The position numbers were made by a program, and so were the translations under genes. From Bilabrum cf. latius (lineage: Eukaryota), in NCBI GenBank assembly GCA_965178125.1, contig OZ237754.1, forward strand, positions 992,001-1,056,000: a DNA stretch of 64,000 nt, given 5' to 3'. The notes under the pieces were generated by a model, which worked only from the letters and a program-made list of their open reading frames with translations, had not been told where the DNA came from and made no database searches. Shown here one piece after another: positions 24,902-38,500 of this stretch; the first letter of the stretch is position 1, and every line of letters starts with the position of its first letter.

Positions 24902-25831
24902 CCTGCCAAACGTGGGCGCCGCAGGCACGTCCCACAGCGAGACACCGCCTTCCCACTCGCCTGCAGCCACCACGCAGGATGGTCCGTCCCCAACAGCCCC
25001 AGCCCCAGCCCCAGCCCCAGCCCCAGCCCCTGCCCCTGCCGCCTCCACGGCTGCGATGCACCCGATCGAGGCCAGCCCGCCCTCCAACGTGGCGGCGTGC
25101 AGCACCGAGAGTCCGCCGCCTCTCGACGCAGAGTCCTCTGCGCCATCGTCGTCGGTCATGGGAGCAGAGGCTGCGGAAGCGCCGCTCACCGCCCCGGAGT
25201 CGGTCGCCTCCCACAGCTTGACCAGTCCCGCCTTGCACCCAGTGGCGAGACGGGTGCTGCCCGAGGAGACTGAGGATGCGCTCTCAACCACGTGCACGGC
25301 GCGAAGGGCTCGCACATGCACTCTGTTTGTCCATGCTGGGCGCGCCGCAGACAGGCCAGCAGCTGTTTTCGAAGTCGTCGCATCTGCTCGAAACAGGGCC
25401 AGAGTGCCGTCGTATGCCCCGGCGGCAACTAGGGAAGATGTGCCTGACAAACAGCCAATCCAATCTGGACGCCGCTAGCTAGTAGATCGCCTGGGTGGCT
25501 GGAGCGCTGCCACAATTTCTATCTGCACGACATCTTCTGTCGACAACAAGTGTTGTGCCTCCAGGCGTCGGACAGTGGAACCCAGTGAGTCCTGCAACAA
25601 GTGCTTATGACCCCCAGTGCCTTCCAAGGAGATATCATTAAGGCAAATCAAAAAATCAAATGGGATTGGGCTTTCGAGAGACAGCAACTAGTTCGCAACC
25701 TCGCTCAGACCAAGTCTACCCAAGTGCTGCGGCACGGCAAACGCCTGTTTGGGCAACGCCGGCGCGATTGACGCTAGCTTGGTAGTAAATACTATCCTTT
25801 GCCTGGCTACATCGTCGTCACTGGTGCTCAT
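24032..25831 (-). CDS. WDR12: Ribosome biogenesis protein Ytm1/WDR12 (NLE domain + WD40); TAG at 25688-25690 and 25475-25477
   Basis: FAVPQHLGRLGLSEVAN*LL...PIPFDFLI...STEDVVQIE (NLE/UBL domain), PDWIGCL, TCSWDRSLCLWD, WDLRAPRAPLY, SGGEDRRV. Ends TAA. Confidence 0.88.
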
Positions 25832-25978
25832 TCCTGAAGCAAAAGTGGACAACATCGCGTCGCCACCGCAACCAAAGGTACTCGCTACTTCAAGGAAACC
25901 GCGGACAAGTGCAACACGTGTGCAAACTTGTGCAACTAGCAGCTTGCCTTCATACAATTGCAAAGATACATTGTTAAG

Positions 25979-26939
25979 ATGTCATCTGCTGGGAAAAGCG
26001 GCCTTACGATGCGCCGATTGGCCCGAGAGTTGAAAGCATTGCAAGCAAACCCTCCACCTGGTATTCTTGCTCGGCCGGAAAGCGCCTCTAATCCCTTCAG
26101 GGTGCATTTTTGCGTCGATGGTCCAGCAGACACTGATTATGCAGGTGGTAAATACCACGGTGTAAGAAAAAGAGAAGTGTAGGAGCATGAATCCTGCATA
26201 CCGACGTACGCAACATCTCTCTTGCCGCCACGAGCAATCATTCGTCTTCTCTCAGGTTATCATGATTCCGCCCTAGTATCCGATGAAACCACCTGGGGTA
26301 AAGCTATTTACTCCTTCGGGGAGGTTCGAACCTGGCGTTCGGTGAGGCTGAGCGCTGTGCTGGGCAATCCGGCGAATTCGATCGATTCCGACCGAATCCT
26401 CCGTCTTGCACCCAAGTACTCATCGCAGAATATGTATGTCGAATACGGACTACCACTCTGAATCTTGGAATCCGACTTGGAACCTGCAAACGATGATACT
26501 TGCGTTTCAATCCATGTTTCCAGTGGACGAGCCAGGGATAGGCGCGATCAGGCGGTCATCAGAGAGTCGGAAGCAACTTGCCAAGCAATCATTGGCATTC
26601 AATGTGTCTTAGTCTCCGTAGAAGAGTACTTTTTGTTAGCTGTTCCCCGAGATGGTTGCCGAGGCGGAGGCAGCGATGGAAGCAGAGCGAGCTGCAGCTA
26701 GGGCAAGCCACTCGGGCCCAGCGTCCGGTGCAGGAGCTGATGATGCGCCAGGAGAGCTGGCTGGGCTGTTGGACGGTGGAGCGGAAGGCGGAGGGGGGCC
26801 TAGGGCGGGAATGTAGGCGGGCGAGGAGTAGGGAGGGGTGTTTGGCAGGTGCTGCGGGTCCACTGCCAGGGCTGCTGTGGCTGCGCTGGTTGTCGGGGCT
26901 GGCATGGTGGTGCTGTTCGCGTCGGCTCTGGGGGCGTGA
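25979..26939 (+). CDS. UBC6: Ubc6/UBE2J-type tail-anchored ubiquitin-conjugating enzyme; exons 25979-26161, 26256-26341, 26429-26939; about 6 in-frame TAG
   Basis: GPADTDYAGGKYHG|VIMIPP*YPMKPP...TPSGRF..R|ICMSNTDYHSESWNPTW...FC*LFPE, then a C-terminal TM helix AVAALVVGAGMVVLFASALGA and TGA. Confidence 0.9.
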
Positions 26940-27651
26940 TACTTGATGGAGGAGGCGGGGGCGGAAGGATGTGGGCATGCCAGTTGGGGCACGCCTAGCT
27001 GTGTGTCTAGGCACAGGGTATAGTCGGTATTGTCTAAGCAATCTACCGAATTAGTTGTGCGTCATGCATATGGGGTGGCATGGTTGGAACATGAGCTACT
27101 GGTTGGGGGTGGGGCTCGGGCGCAAGCTCTCGGCGCGGCAGAGAAGTGCACGAGGTAGATGGTGATACGCACAAATCTCATGCAGAGGACTGGTTTCCCG
27201 AGGGGCAGTGCCGTGCCCAGCTGGGCGTGAGCACCGATGCTACGAGTAGTACCAGCGTCAGTCCTGCCAGCAAGCTGTTGGGGAGTCCAAGCTAGTTTGA
27301 GCAAGGGCGCGCTAGACCGCCTCTTCAATTCAGTGCATGTTACTGCAATTCAAATAGCACCGGTACTCACAATTGCCCGTAACGAAGGCAAGCTGGGTAT
27401 GTGCCAGTGGCGTGTGCTTTTATTGCGCTACCGCGTCGTTTGGACGACAGGTCCCCACGAACAGGGGACTGTGTTCGCAGCGCCGGTTTCGCTCAATACA
27501 TTTGCTTGTGTAAGCATTGACGTTTTCAATTGCAATTTCAGTTCATGAATTTCCCCAGCTCGTGTTAGTCGCTACGTTTCGGATTGTGGTATTCCTTACG
27601 CTATCAATTTGTGCTCAGAAAGTGCATTGAAACCCGGTTTTGGCGATCCGT

Positions 27652-30600
27652 ATGAGTGGTGGGGCAATAATGATCGAAGATGGATTTGTACCGAACGATG
27701 GTGGCGTGGATAATGGACTCTGGGCGGACGAAACTGACAATGACGAGGACCTCACAGAGATCAAAGAGGATGATTGGCCCACAGATACGAGGGAGGGGAT
27801 GGTAAAGCTTGTTGCAGCTCTGGATTAGGAGCATAGTGTGTCAGAAATTCCAACTGCGGCCGAGCAATGGCTGGAAGATGACGTGAGACCGAGCATTGCA
27901 CGCAAGTATAGCAACAGCCCGGCAAAGCGCGAATGCTGCATTCATACGTATCACGAATCTGACCGTCGCAATAAATATGTGTTTTGCGCAGTTGCATCGA
28001 CTGGACGCGCTTGCTGACATAATCGTTCGACCGAAGGTACTTCACCCGGCGGTGGCGTCAGCACTCGCTGGAGTGGGTAGCGGCGGCTCGGAGGCTAGTG
28101 CCGATTCGAAGCCGCCTACATTGCCAGGCGCTGATGAGTCTGCGGCTTCCGGCTCTTCCGCGGGTGTCGCGGGCTCGTCCCCTCCCTCCACTGGAGCGGA
28201 CGAGTCACCCGCGGCCTCGATGGAGGGCCTGGGTCTCATGACGCCTCGGGAGCACGAGCACCCTGCCGGCCTGGGGTCGGACCCGAGAGACCCTGTCCAT
28301 GTGCGTCGCTCGTTTCGCTTGATGCAGGCCCTCGTGGGCGGGCGCGTGGGGGCCACTCGTCTCCTGGCGGAGCATGGGCTGCGGCTGGGTCGGTCGCTGC
28401 TCCGTGTGTTCTCCGACGACTCCAGGGGTTCCTTCCGGCACGCGTGCTCGGTGCTGTAGCGGATCGTGCAGGCGCATCCGGAGCTCTCCGTGGAGCTGCT
28501 GTCCACGGCCTTCCGCCGCCCTGGGGGCGAGGACGAGGCAGAGCGCGCGATCGAGGCCCAGGCCCAGGCCCAGGGTGCGGGCGAAGGCGAGGGCGAGGGT
28601 GCGGGCGAGGGCGAGGGCGAGGGCGAGGGCGAGCAAGCCAGGAAGGAGAAGGAGGAAGAAGGCAGCAGTGGTGATGGCGAGACCGCCGCCGGCACTAAGA
28701 CTGCGTCCTTCCCCGGCCGGGAAGAGGCGGCGCCCGCCAGGGTGGGCGAGGCAGAGGCCACCAAGGCGTCCAGCGCGGCAGGTCGCCTGCTGCGGTTCAT
28801 CCACCACCCCGCTGTGGGGGACGCTCTCCTGCAGCTGGCCACTTGCAACCACAGGGCCTCGCACGCGGGCGGGGCCGGGGCGCAGGCCGGCATGGGCGGC
28901 CAGGGTGCGGCTGCCATGTTTGGGGGCGCCCCCCAGGAGGGGGACCCGGGGCGGCTCTACTCGGAGCAGCCGGCCCGGCCCATGCACCTGCTGGACGGGT
29001 CGCTGAGGGCGAGCGTGGCCTTCGCGGCGGATGCTCGGCTGGGCGAGGCGCTGGCGACGGAGGTGTTCGAGTGGGACCATGGGCTGGGGAGGGGGCAGGG
29101 GGCGAGAGAGTAGCAGCAGCAGCAGCAGGAGGAGGAGGAGGCAGGAAAGGGAAAAGGCGGTGAGCAGCCGCTTCGCGCTGCCCCCGAGGATGCGAAGGCT
29201 GAGGCGAGCGAGGATGTTGTCCCTGCGCCCGCCTCTGCTTCTGCCTCTGGTGCCGGTGCCGGTGCCAGTGCCGGTGCTGGAGCTGGCTCGAGCGACAAGG
29301 GCGACTAGGATGGGCGGGCCCCGCCTCCCAAGCTGAGGATCGTGGCAGACCTTCAGGAGCAGGACGAGGCAGGCGGCATCCGCAGCGACTCGCCGGCGGC
29401 CACCGCCGGGGCAGGGGGGCAGGCGCTGCGGAAGGGCAGCATCGACGCGGCTGCAGCGGTGCGGCAGGGGGACGAGGAGACGGAGGAGGCCGCGGTGCAG
29501 TCTGCGTGGAGCAGCGGGGACCAGGCGAGGCTGAGGGACGTGTCCGAGGGCGAGCATGCGCTCATGGCGGCGCATGCCCTGCACCAGCTGCTGGCCTGGG
29601 TGCAGCAGCAGGACGCCCCTGAGGCGGACCGTGTGGTGGAGCCCGTGGTGAAGAGCGACCGCGTGATCCGCGGGCTGGTGGGTGCCATCTGCGAGCCCAT
29701 CGAGAGGGCGGCAGAGGAGATCCAGCAGGCGGCAGAGGAGGGCAAGGAGAAGGGCGAGGGCGGGTCCGATGCGCCCTCGTCCGCCGCCTCTACTTCGGCA
29801 GGCACGAAAAACAAGGATGCCCTCGTGGAGTCCAAGACAGACACGGAGCTGGCGGCTGCATCCTCGGCCGCTTCGACTGCTAGCCAGCAGCCAGAGGGCC
29901 CCAAGGTGCCTCCAGCGGTGGCCAGGCAGCTGTGGAGGCCCAGCGCCAAGCAGCAGGCGGCGCTCAAGGCGCTGCACTCGCTCATGGAGCACGTGTTCCC
30001 CGAGACAATCGAGGACGAGGACGCCCAGGGACAGGCACAGCAGCTGCAGGCCATCCTCCGGCAGAGGCCGGCTCGCTAGAACCCGCTGCACCGCCATGCA
30101 GTGCTTCTCATGGCCAGGCTCATGCGGGCACTCCCCCGGCTGTGCGCGGCCATGGCTCACCTGCACGAGCTGCTGCACCCGGGCACAGCGGCCGCGGTGG
30201 TGAGGCTCAAGAAGGCCTCTGGCGGCGGGTCGGGGAGCAGTTCCCCAGCAGCAGCGGGAGGCAGCGGCAAGAAGAAGAGGGGCAGGCGGAGCCGGAGGCG
30301 GCGCACGGGCGGGGACGGGGGATCCAAGAGCGGCGGGAGCACGCCGAGCAAGGATGACAAGGACAAGGATGACAAGGACAAGGAGGGCAAGGAGCAGGGC
30401 GCCAGTGTGGGGCATGCAGAGGCCACTGCCGGCACCATGGGCCCGCACGCGGTGCACCACCCGGGACACGTCGTGAACGTTCCCTTCGGCAGCCTGCGGC
30501 TTGGCGTGATGCGCCTTGTGGCGGCAGTCGTGGAGCGGAAGCCCCGCAGCGCGCTGGAGCGGTGCAGCGGGGAGGGCGCGGCCAAGGAGGCCACCAAATC

Positions 30601-31999
30601 GGCCGAAGGGGCGCCGGGGGGTCGCGTGCCGGAGCCGCCGGCCACTCTGGGCGGCTGGGAGGGTCCTGGCGTGTGGGGGGCCTGCGTGGTGTGGCTCCTC
30701 GAGTACCAGCACTCGACCATGTGGCACAACGTGCTGGAGCGGCTGGTGCGGGCCGCCGTGCAGTCGAGGCACGGCCCCACACTGGAGCGCATGGTGTCCT
30801 CTGGCCGCATGGCGTACGCTCTCACCCAGCTCTACGTGGCTGCGGCCCCGCCCTACTCCCCCGCGGGGTGGAGCATGCGGGTGGCCCGGGCCTGCCTCGA
30901 GGGCGTGCCCCCCAGGGGCAGCAGCAAGGCCAGGGAACTCCCCAGGCGGCCTCGGGGCAGCCCCCCCGTGGATGTGCACCGCTTGCGGCCGCTGGTGCGC
31001 GCAGCTGACTCCCTCACCAAGCGGCTGCCCCGATCCGGCCGCTCTTCTGCGCAGGGCGTCACCCGCCGCATCCTCAACATGATCCGGCTGGCAGGAGAGG
31101 CCAAGGCGTTCTCCTCCGAGGTGGAGAGGTACCTGGGCATGAGTGAGTGGTGGGCCGCCGTGCAGGACCTGCTGCTGGCGGACTCGTACGAGGAGCTGAG
31201 GCCGCTGGTGCGGGCCCCGCGCAAGCAGTCACCCAACCTGATGCTCATGCGGCTGCTGGGGCAGGCTGTGCCTGACGAGGACAAGGACAACGAGGCTGAG
31301 GAGGGGTGGAGCGACTCTGACGGGGACGAGGACGTGGTGCGAGCCGATGCGGTGCTGGCTGAGCTGGGGCTCGATGAGGAGGGCGAGGGGCCCGCGATGG
31401 GGGGCGCTGCTGCTGCTGCTGCTGCGGGGGAGAACAAGAACAAGGACAAGGATGAAGATGCCGAGCAGCCCGGGGTGGGACCCACCACCGAACCTCCCCG
31501 TCTGTCGGAGGATGCTTCGAAGGTGCTGTCGACGAGGCGGGACAGGTGGAGGGGGCGGCTGGGCCTGGGGTCCACTCTGGCCAAGGCCCTGGATCTGGGG
31601 GAGCTGTAGGTGGGCAAAGATGGGGGCGGGTCCAAGGGGGCAGGCACGCCAGAGAAATCGCCAAGGGTACCTCCTTCCCCTCCAGTGCCGGGGGCCGGCA
31701 GCCAGGGCCAGAGGCAGGGTGGGAGTGGGAGTGGAGGAGGTGCCCCGGGAGGTGGGCAGCCAGGCGGACAAATCCTGCAACTGCAGGCGGCGCTGCAGCA
31801 GCTGGCATCGGCGAGACAGGGTGGGGCACAGCCCCCTCAGCGTGCTGGGGCGACTGGTGGCGCGACTGGGGCTGGGAGCGGCCAGGTGCAGCTGAACCAA
31901 GCGCCGTCTGGGCGAGCCGGTGCCGGGTTGATCGGCACGGGCAATGGCGCGAGTCCAGCAGGCGACGATGAGAGTGATCCCATGGATGAGATGGACTGA
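27652..31999 (+). CDS. SIT4/PP6 phosphatase-associated (SAPS-domain) regulatory subunit-like protein; probable intron 27883-27991; about 6 in-frame TAG
   Basis: VPFGSLRLGVMRLV, WLLEYQHSTMWHNVLERLV and QGVTRRILNMI resemble SAPS-domain motifs. ORFs from 27896 to 31999 are in one frame joined by TAG and end in TGA. Confidence 0.72.
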
Positions 32000-32055
32000 G
32001 GGAAAGTTTCTGTCGATTTATTGCGTTGGTTCCGTGTGCATAGCAGAGTGTTCCT
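31687..32055 (+). repeat. Source copy of a ~370-bp dispersed duplication (SAPS 3' end + 3' UTR); second copy at ~53628-53988
   Basis: Shared runs such as GCCAGGGCCAGAGGCAGGGTGGGAGTGGGAGTGGAGGAGGTGCCCCGGGAGG and GGTTCCGTGTGCATAGCAGAGTGTTCCT. Confidence 0.92.
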
Positions 32056-32502
32056 TCGTTCGAACAGTCGAGATTCTGCGTCGCTGCAAGTCTATGGTTA
32101 CTACCTGGCTCAGTAGTACCCATGCGACACCAATGGCTAGATTTCAGAACAGAAATCGGTTAGTTGGACTAGGAACCCCTAGACCTATTCCGGATCGATC
32201 GGATCCACGGAAGTAGATGCCTCACTGATTTCAAAGTTGGCGATGGGGGTCACCAGCTTGAAGCATTGTTCACCTTGCCCAAGAAGCAATTTACGCGATA
32301 CAAAAGCTGACTAGTTGGGTACTTTGGAGACGATATTTCATATTTCATTGTTGGCATCAGCCGTAGTACTGTTTGTGAGGGAATTATAGGACACATGTTG
32401 TATTCTGCTCTCTGAGCATTTCCAACGCACCTTTCAAAACCTGAGCCTGCTCAATCGTTGCAGGTCGTATAATTGGCGAACGGAATACCATACAGACAAA
32501 AC

Positions 32503-35500
32503 ATGTTTGTATCAACAGTGGCAACTTTGACCGTTCTTGTGCCTTTGGCAAGCGCATTGCCTCAAGCCACAGACCATGCTACCACGTGGCCCACGGCGCT
32601 CGCGGAGTCTATCCCTGCTAATCTGACGACTGTTTTACGGCCAAGTGTAATGATATCAGGCATTGGATTCGATTCTGGTGCACTGATTTACGTAGGCAAC
32701 GAAGAAGGCGGGGAAATTGAGCCAGTGGTTTTGCTGCGCGCAGGGTTCTCCGATTCTGATGCCTACATGATTGACGCGCGTACCAGCAGGACTGGGAGCT
32801 GGACAGCCAAAGTTCCACCGCCTAGCATAAGTTACAGCCAGAAGAGGGTTGCATTCTTTTCAAGAGATCCATCTACAGCTGGTCTTGAGCTAAACATGAT
32901 TGCTTCCGTTTCGGGCTCGGCGATTGACCGCTACCGCATTGACACTACAATAGTGACGGGCTCGGGTCTTCGCGTGAGACTTGGCCATTTGAATACGGAC
33001 CTTGCGCCAATTTGGATCAACAATGACGTGGTCTGCGCATCAGGCCAGCTTCTTTTCGAAGGCAGCGGGGCTGACTTTGGTTCCGCAGTCGTTTGTCACG
33101 ATGCGCGGCGCCAGCTAGAGAGGGGCATGTATGTCGTGACCAACTCGAATGGTGCAGTCCCGGGGCAATCTGTCACCCGTGTTGACGACTCTGTCGCGTG
33201 TTTTTACAGGAGTAGCCCTGGATCAGGAACAGAGCTTGCTTGCTTCAACGTCTCGGCAACTTCATCAATTCCGAATGCACGCCGTGCAGCGGAAGCGGTT
33301 GGTACAGTCTACGATCCGATAGCGTCGAATCCCATCGTATGTGGAAGCGAGTGGGTTTGCGACATGGCATATTCGAGCGGGCTGGTTCAGCCGGTCTGCA
33401 TCAACATCAAGACGAACGCGACTTCGAACGGCACGAAGGTCCCTGCAGCCGTCGCGTCACCGCCGGTGTGGCAATGCAGCGTTGGCCCAAGTATCGTTTA
33501 CGACTCTGCCTCCATGCCTGTGTACTGGGAGGTTGGTACGGAGACCGCACCGAGTACGCCAGAAGTGCAGCGGTCCGACGGTTCGGCCTTGGACGTTGTA
33601 GCTGCAGATTTGCACGTCAACACTGACATTCGGACCTCGATCATCATCACTGAGCAGTACGAACAAGATGGCCAGTAGCTGAAGTGCGCCGCGGCGTGGT
33701 ATCCGGCCAAATCGAACATCGCGAAGTGCATGATTGAGACGGCTTCGGATCTGAAAGTGCTCAAGATCATGCGACTTTCGAACCAGTACGAGCAGTACTT
33801 TGTGTTTTTCTCCAACACAACTGAGATGTTCTCATTCTTCTTCAATGGCAACGACGGCCTGCCGTTCATCATCCCGTACCAGACCCTGTCGGGACCCGCC
33901 CTGCACGGCAGCGACATCTACGTGCTGCCAAACGTGGGCAAGTATTCGAACAATGCGGTCGCCTTCGTGTCCACTGACCCGAGGTACAAGGGCATTCGAT
34001 ACTGGCCTGGTGATCTGGAATCCTCTGCCCAGCTGCTGACGACCGCATTCAAGGCCCCGGCGGGCGAGATGATGCCGATGCCGCTGGTGCTGGTGCAGGG
34101 CACGCCCCCCGTGGGCTCGCCTCCGCCACCCCCGCTTGACCATGACATCCCAGCGCTTGTGTTCCCTGGCAACGACCCAATAACAGGTAAGGATAACGCG
34201 GCTTTTCTGGGACTCGAGACGTACTACTACGCCACCCAGGTGCTCACCGCGGCATGGACCGAGCCGGTGGGGCACTCGAGAATCGGGTTCAACAGCTCGT
34301 TCGTGGAGACGTCCGAGGCGGTGTATATTTCAACCACGGAAACATCTTGCGCGTACTATCTCGACACGCACAACCTCTTTTCGGACTGGGCATGCTTCGG
34401 CAGCGAGAGCAAGGAGCCCTTCAAGCCGTGGGATCTGCCCAGCCATCCATTGGACGAGACGCAGGCGTGGGAGCCTAGCCTCAATTTCACCGAGTCAGTT
34501 TGGAGGGTCGAAGGGGGTGGGCTTCTGATCGAGGATCGCACTCATAACGTGCTGCGGTACTTCGACGGGAGCGTCGCACCCCGTGCCATCCCCCTGCCCC
34601 ACAACCTGTCATCGCGAGCGGGCGAGTCCGAGGTGCAGGCGCACCTGGCCCAGGAGCGCTACCTCGTCCTCGTGCTGCCCGTCCCGCATCCTGTCAATGG
34701 GAATGAGCCAGTCGTGGTGGACCTCAATACGTGGAGTGTTTGCACGGCTGACATCAACCCTGGTGTCGCTGGGTCGTCGCCCCTCCTGGCCGGCATCGTG
34801 CTGGACACGTATGCCGTGTTTCAGGCCAGCAGCCCTGACACTGGAGTCGAGCCCTGGTACTGGACGGTTGAAGACTGCTCAACAAAGGATCCAGTCGTGA
34901 TTAGCACTGTGGCGGGATCTAGCTCGATGGTATCATCTGCAGGCGAGTCTTTCTCAACTCCCGGGTCACCGATCATAGTGAGGGCACACGGGGATGTGCC
35001 CAGTGACGGCGGCTCGCTGATCAAGCTCATTGAGACCCCCGACCAGGACGTTCAGCTGACGCTTGATACCATTGAGGTTGCATCGAATAGTGATGAGTAC
35101 CCGCTGCCCTCCAACAGTGCCCTCGTCAACGACGAAGTGGCCCTGGCCAGGGTGGACTCGTCAGGCGTCGTATCGGTCTTTTTCATGGACGACACCTACT
35201 AGATGGTGCATTCGAGCACCCAGGCGTCCACTCTTTCTGGCAGCAGCCTTGCAGTGGATGGAGTGGATGTGTTGGATGCCGCTACTGGTGAGATTGCGGT
35301 TCAGATCGTCTTGCCGTCTAGCCTGGACAGGGCCCTGCTACTGTTCGATCGGACCTCTGTCAGCGCGAGCGAAGTGCACTACTTCAGCTCCGGCTTGCCT
35401 GCGTACGTACTTCCGTCCGGATGGATATGCTGGGGAGACACAAAATCGGTTTCCGAGGGAGAAGAGCCTTCCTGCCTGGCGCGGTACCCGGGCGGGTCCA

Positions 35501-38500
35501 CGGCGTTCCGATTAGGAGAGATGAATCCAGGCCCTGCAGGTGAGATCAGGGCGATGATGCCTTGGCCAGAAGACCGCAGGGGCTTCATTGCGGCTTTAGA
35601 CTACCCTGGCTACTCATTCACCCCCGTGCTGCTGCGAGTGCGCGAACCGCTCGTTTTGGCGCTGAACGAGTCGGGTCCCGTGGTTGTGAAGGAGGACGAT
35701 AAGGGGGGCTCTCCACTGGTCAGGCTGACCAACCTCACGTTCGAGGCCACAGTGTCGGCGGAGATCGAGATTGTTGGTGACAGCGAGGACACAGACAAGA
35801 TGTTCCTGAGCATCGACTGGGATGCGTACAACTCGTCGGTAGCATTGGATAAGCTGTCTGTGACAGTGCAGCCCCTGCACCAGGCTGGGCTGGCTCACGT
35901 GCTGGATGGAATCAAGTTCCGATGCGTGGGCGAGCCGATGATCGAATCAAGATTATTCATGCTCACCCTCACAGCAGAGGACGGGGCGCGCGTGACCCGA
36001 AACATTAGCGTGGCCATCGCTCGGCAGGTGGACCCGCCAACCCTCAAGCTGTCTGAAAGTGCGGGCGATTTCTCCGAGGCTTTAGAGCGCGGGCTTTATC
36101 CGTATTCTGAGGTGTTCCAACATGTCATGATCAACGATTACGACGGGGTCGATGCTGTCAAATACTCTGTGCGCGTGCTCGGCATGGAGGCGGGAGAAGA
36201 CCTGGTTGTTGTTGCGCCGCCAGCCGAATATCCTGCTGATTTGGTGCTAACTCAGTCTACGGTGACCCATGATACCTTCGTCAGCTCTCAGGTTGCCATG
36301 GACCATCTGAAGTACCTGCGGTACAGGTGTAACGCAAGCCGTTACGAGAGCGTGGATCGGGTGGCGAGTGTCTCGGTAATTGGCGGTGGCTCGGAAATCA
36401 ACGCGTTCCAAGAAGTCACGTCCACCCTCAACGTCTCGATCCGAATCGTGCAGGTTAATGATCGGCCGACCCTTTTGCTGGAAAGCAGCTTCGGGGAGTT
36501 TTAGGAGGCAAATGGGTCTGCTGTCCAATTCATCGCGAACGCAACCATCTCCGACCCAGATGACTCGATTTTCACAGCAGTCATCAGCACGGACAAGTTC
36601 AGCGATGGCGACGAGATATTGTCTACGTTTGGACAGATTTCGGACCTTGGTTGGATGTCAAGGCCAAATGGAGGCGGGACAGCCGGGATAAGCGCATCCA
36701 ACGCATCAACACTGTCGGCAAGGCTTGCCTCCCTGCAGTACCGCAACACCCAGACCTACACAGATATGCTCTATCGTAATGTTTCTGTCACTATCACGGA
36801 TAGCAGCAGCGAGGGGGGGACCGATGACACTCAGAGCGTGTCCAGAAAGGTGCTGCTTGCAATCACCCCGTAGAACAACCCACCGACCGAGCGTTGTGAC
36901 GACACCGTGAATTATGTTGAGGGAGCCGCGCTGTCGATAGTCTACCAAGATTGCAACATCGAGGACGGGGACGACGACACACTGTCTGCCAATGTGTCTA
37001 TCATCGCACCGATCGCAGGGGATCACCTGTGGGTGAGCGGGAGCGACAGCTCAATCCTGTCGTCTGACAGGTACTCCGTGCACATCCCTTTCATGGGAAT
37101 AGGGGATTTTGCCGTGCACCTTCGCTCCATCAGGTTTGGCACAGATGACGATTTCCCGCTTGTGCTTAATCGAAGCATCCAGGTGAATATCACGGACAGT
37201 AGCAGTCGGGGCCAGGTATCTGCAGATGACAAGCAGACCATCTCCAAGACTGTAGAGGTCCAGATCCAGAGGACGAACGACGTTCCTGTTCTCGAGACAT
37301 CGGGGCAGCCATTCAACTTTATCGAGGGATCCCCGGATGCGATTGACGTGCTTGCGACTTTCAATGTCAGCGATGCAGACGATCTAGACGCTCGAGCAGT
37401 GGTGTCCATTCAAAATTTTCTGTCAGGCGACGCACTTCTGCTGGACGGTGGGCCGGGCCCGAGCGGAGCCGTTGTCACTGCGGCCAACGTGACTATTCCA
37501 GTACTGCCTTTAGCTGATCTACAGGCCGTCGTCCGGAGGATACAATTCATAAACACTGCACAGTCCACGCCGGATCTCACTCGGTAGATCGTCGTATCGG
37601 TAATTGATGAGGGCAGCCAGGGCCAGCTGGATGCAAAGGAGCAAAGCTCATCCGTCACGATCAACCTCTTTCCCAAGAACCAGAGGCTCGTCGCGCTCTT
37701 CGGCGAAGGAACGAACCGAACGTTTGAGCACAGTGAGGACATGGGCATGACGGCAATGTTTCCCGATGTTATTATCAACGATGTCGACGACGTTGAAGTC
37801 TCTGCTGTAGTCTCGATCAGCAGGGGAGCCCTCCAGTGGGACCAACTCAATTTCATCGATTCAGCGGGGTCTGGAGCCGACGTATCTCCCGATGGTCACA
37901 CCGTGGAGATACACCAAGCGACCATACAGTCAGTGGTTGATACGCTTGCAACCGTGGGGTACTACACATCGAGCGAAGATCCCGACGTTCGGGAGAGGTT
38001 TGTCATGGTGAACATCACCGATGGCGGAAGCAATGGTCAGTTACCGGAGAGCAAGCGCTTTGTAACTCTCGAGGTCCAAATTGATGTACTCAGAACAAAT
38101 GATGCACCAGCGCTGACCGGATTCGAGCAGAATGCGGTCTACCATGAGGTGCCTGGAGTGCCCCTTGCTCTCTTCGAGAACGTCAATGTGGTGGATCCCG
38201 ATGATGTCGACTGCAACGCGACCGTTCATCTCCTCAATGGCACCGACGACGATGCTTTCAATTTGGTTTGGAAGCCTACGACTGACTTCATCTTATCGAG
38301 CGACCGCCACAGCTTGACCATTCCCCGGACTAGCAGAGCAACAGTCAGCTCTATTCTGCGGAACCTAACCTATGCCAACTCGGCTTAGTACGACCCAAGC
38401 CTTTCTCGAGCCGTGTCAATTCAATTATTCGACATGGCGAATAATGGACTGTTGCCAGGTACTACGCAGTTCCACATGAACAACGTGAGCATCGCCATTT

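Noticed and set aside
28205-30979. 924-aa minus-strand ORF and similar long Pro/Arg/Ala-rich overlapping ORFs (e.g. 24036-25478 +, 5238-6575 +)
   Set aside because: Shadow ORFs of GC-rich genes on the opposite strand, with no recognisable motifs.
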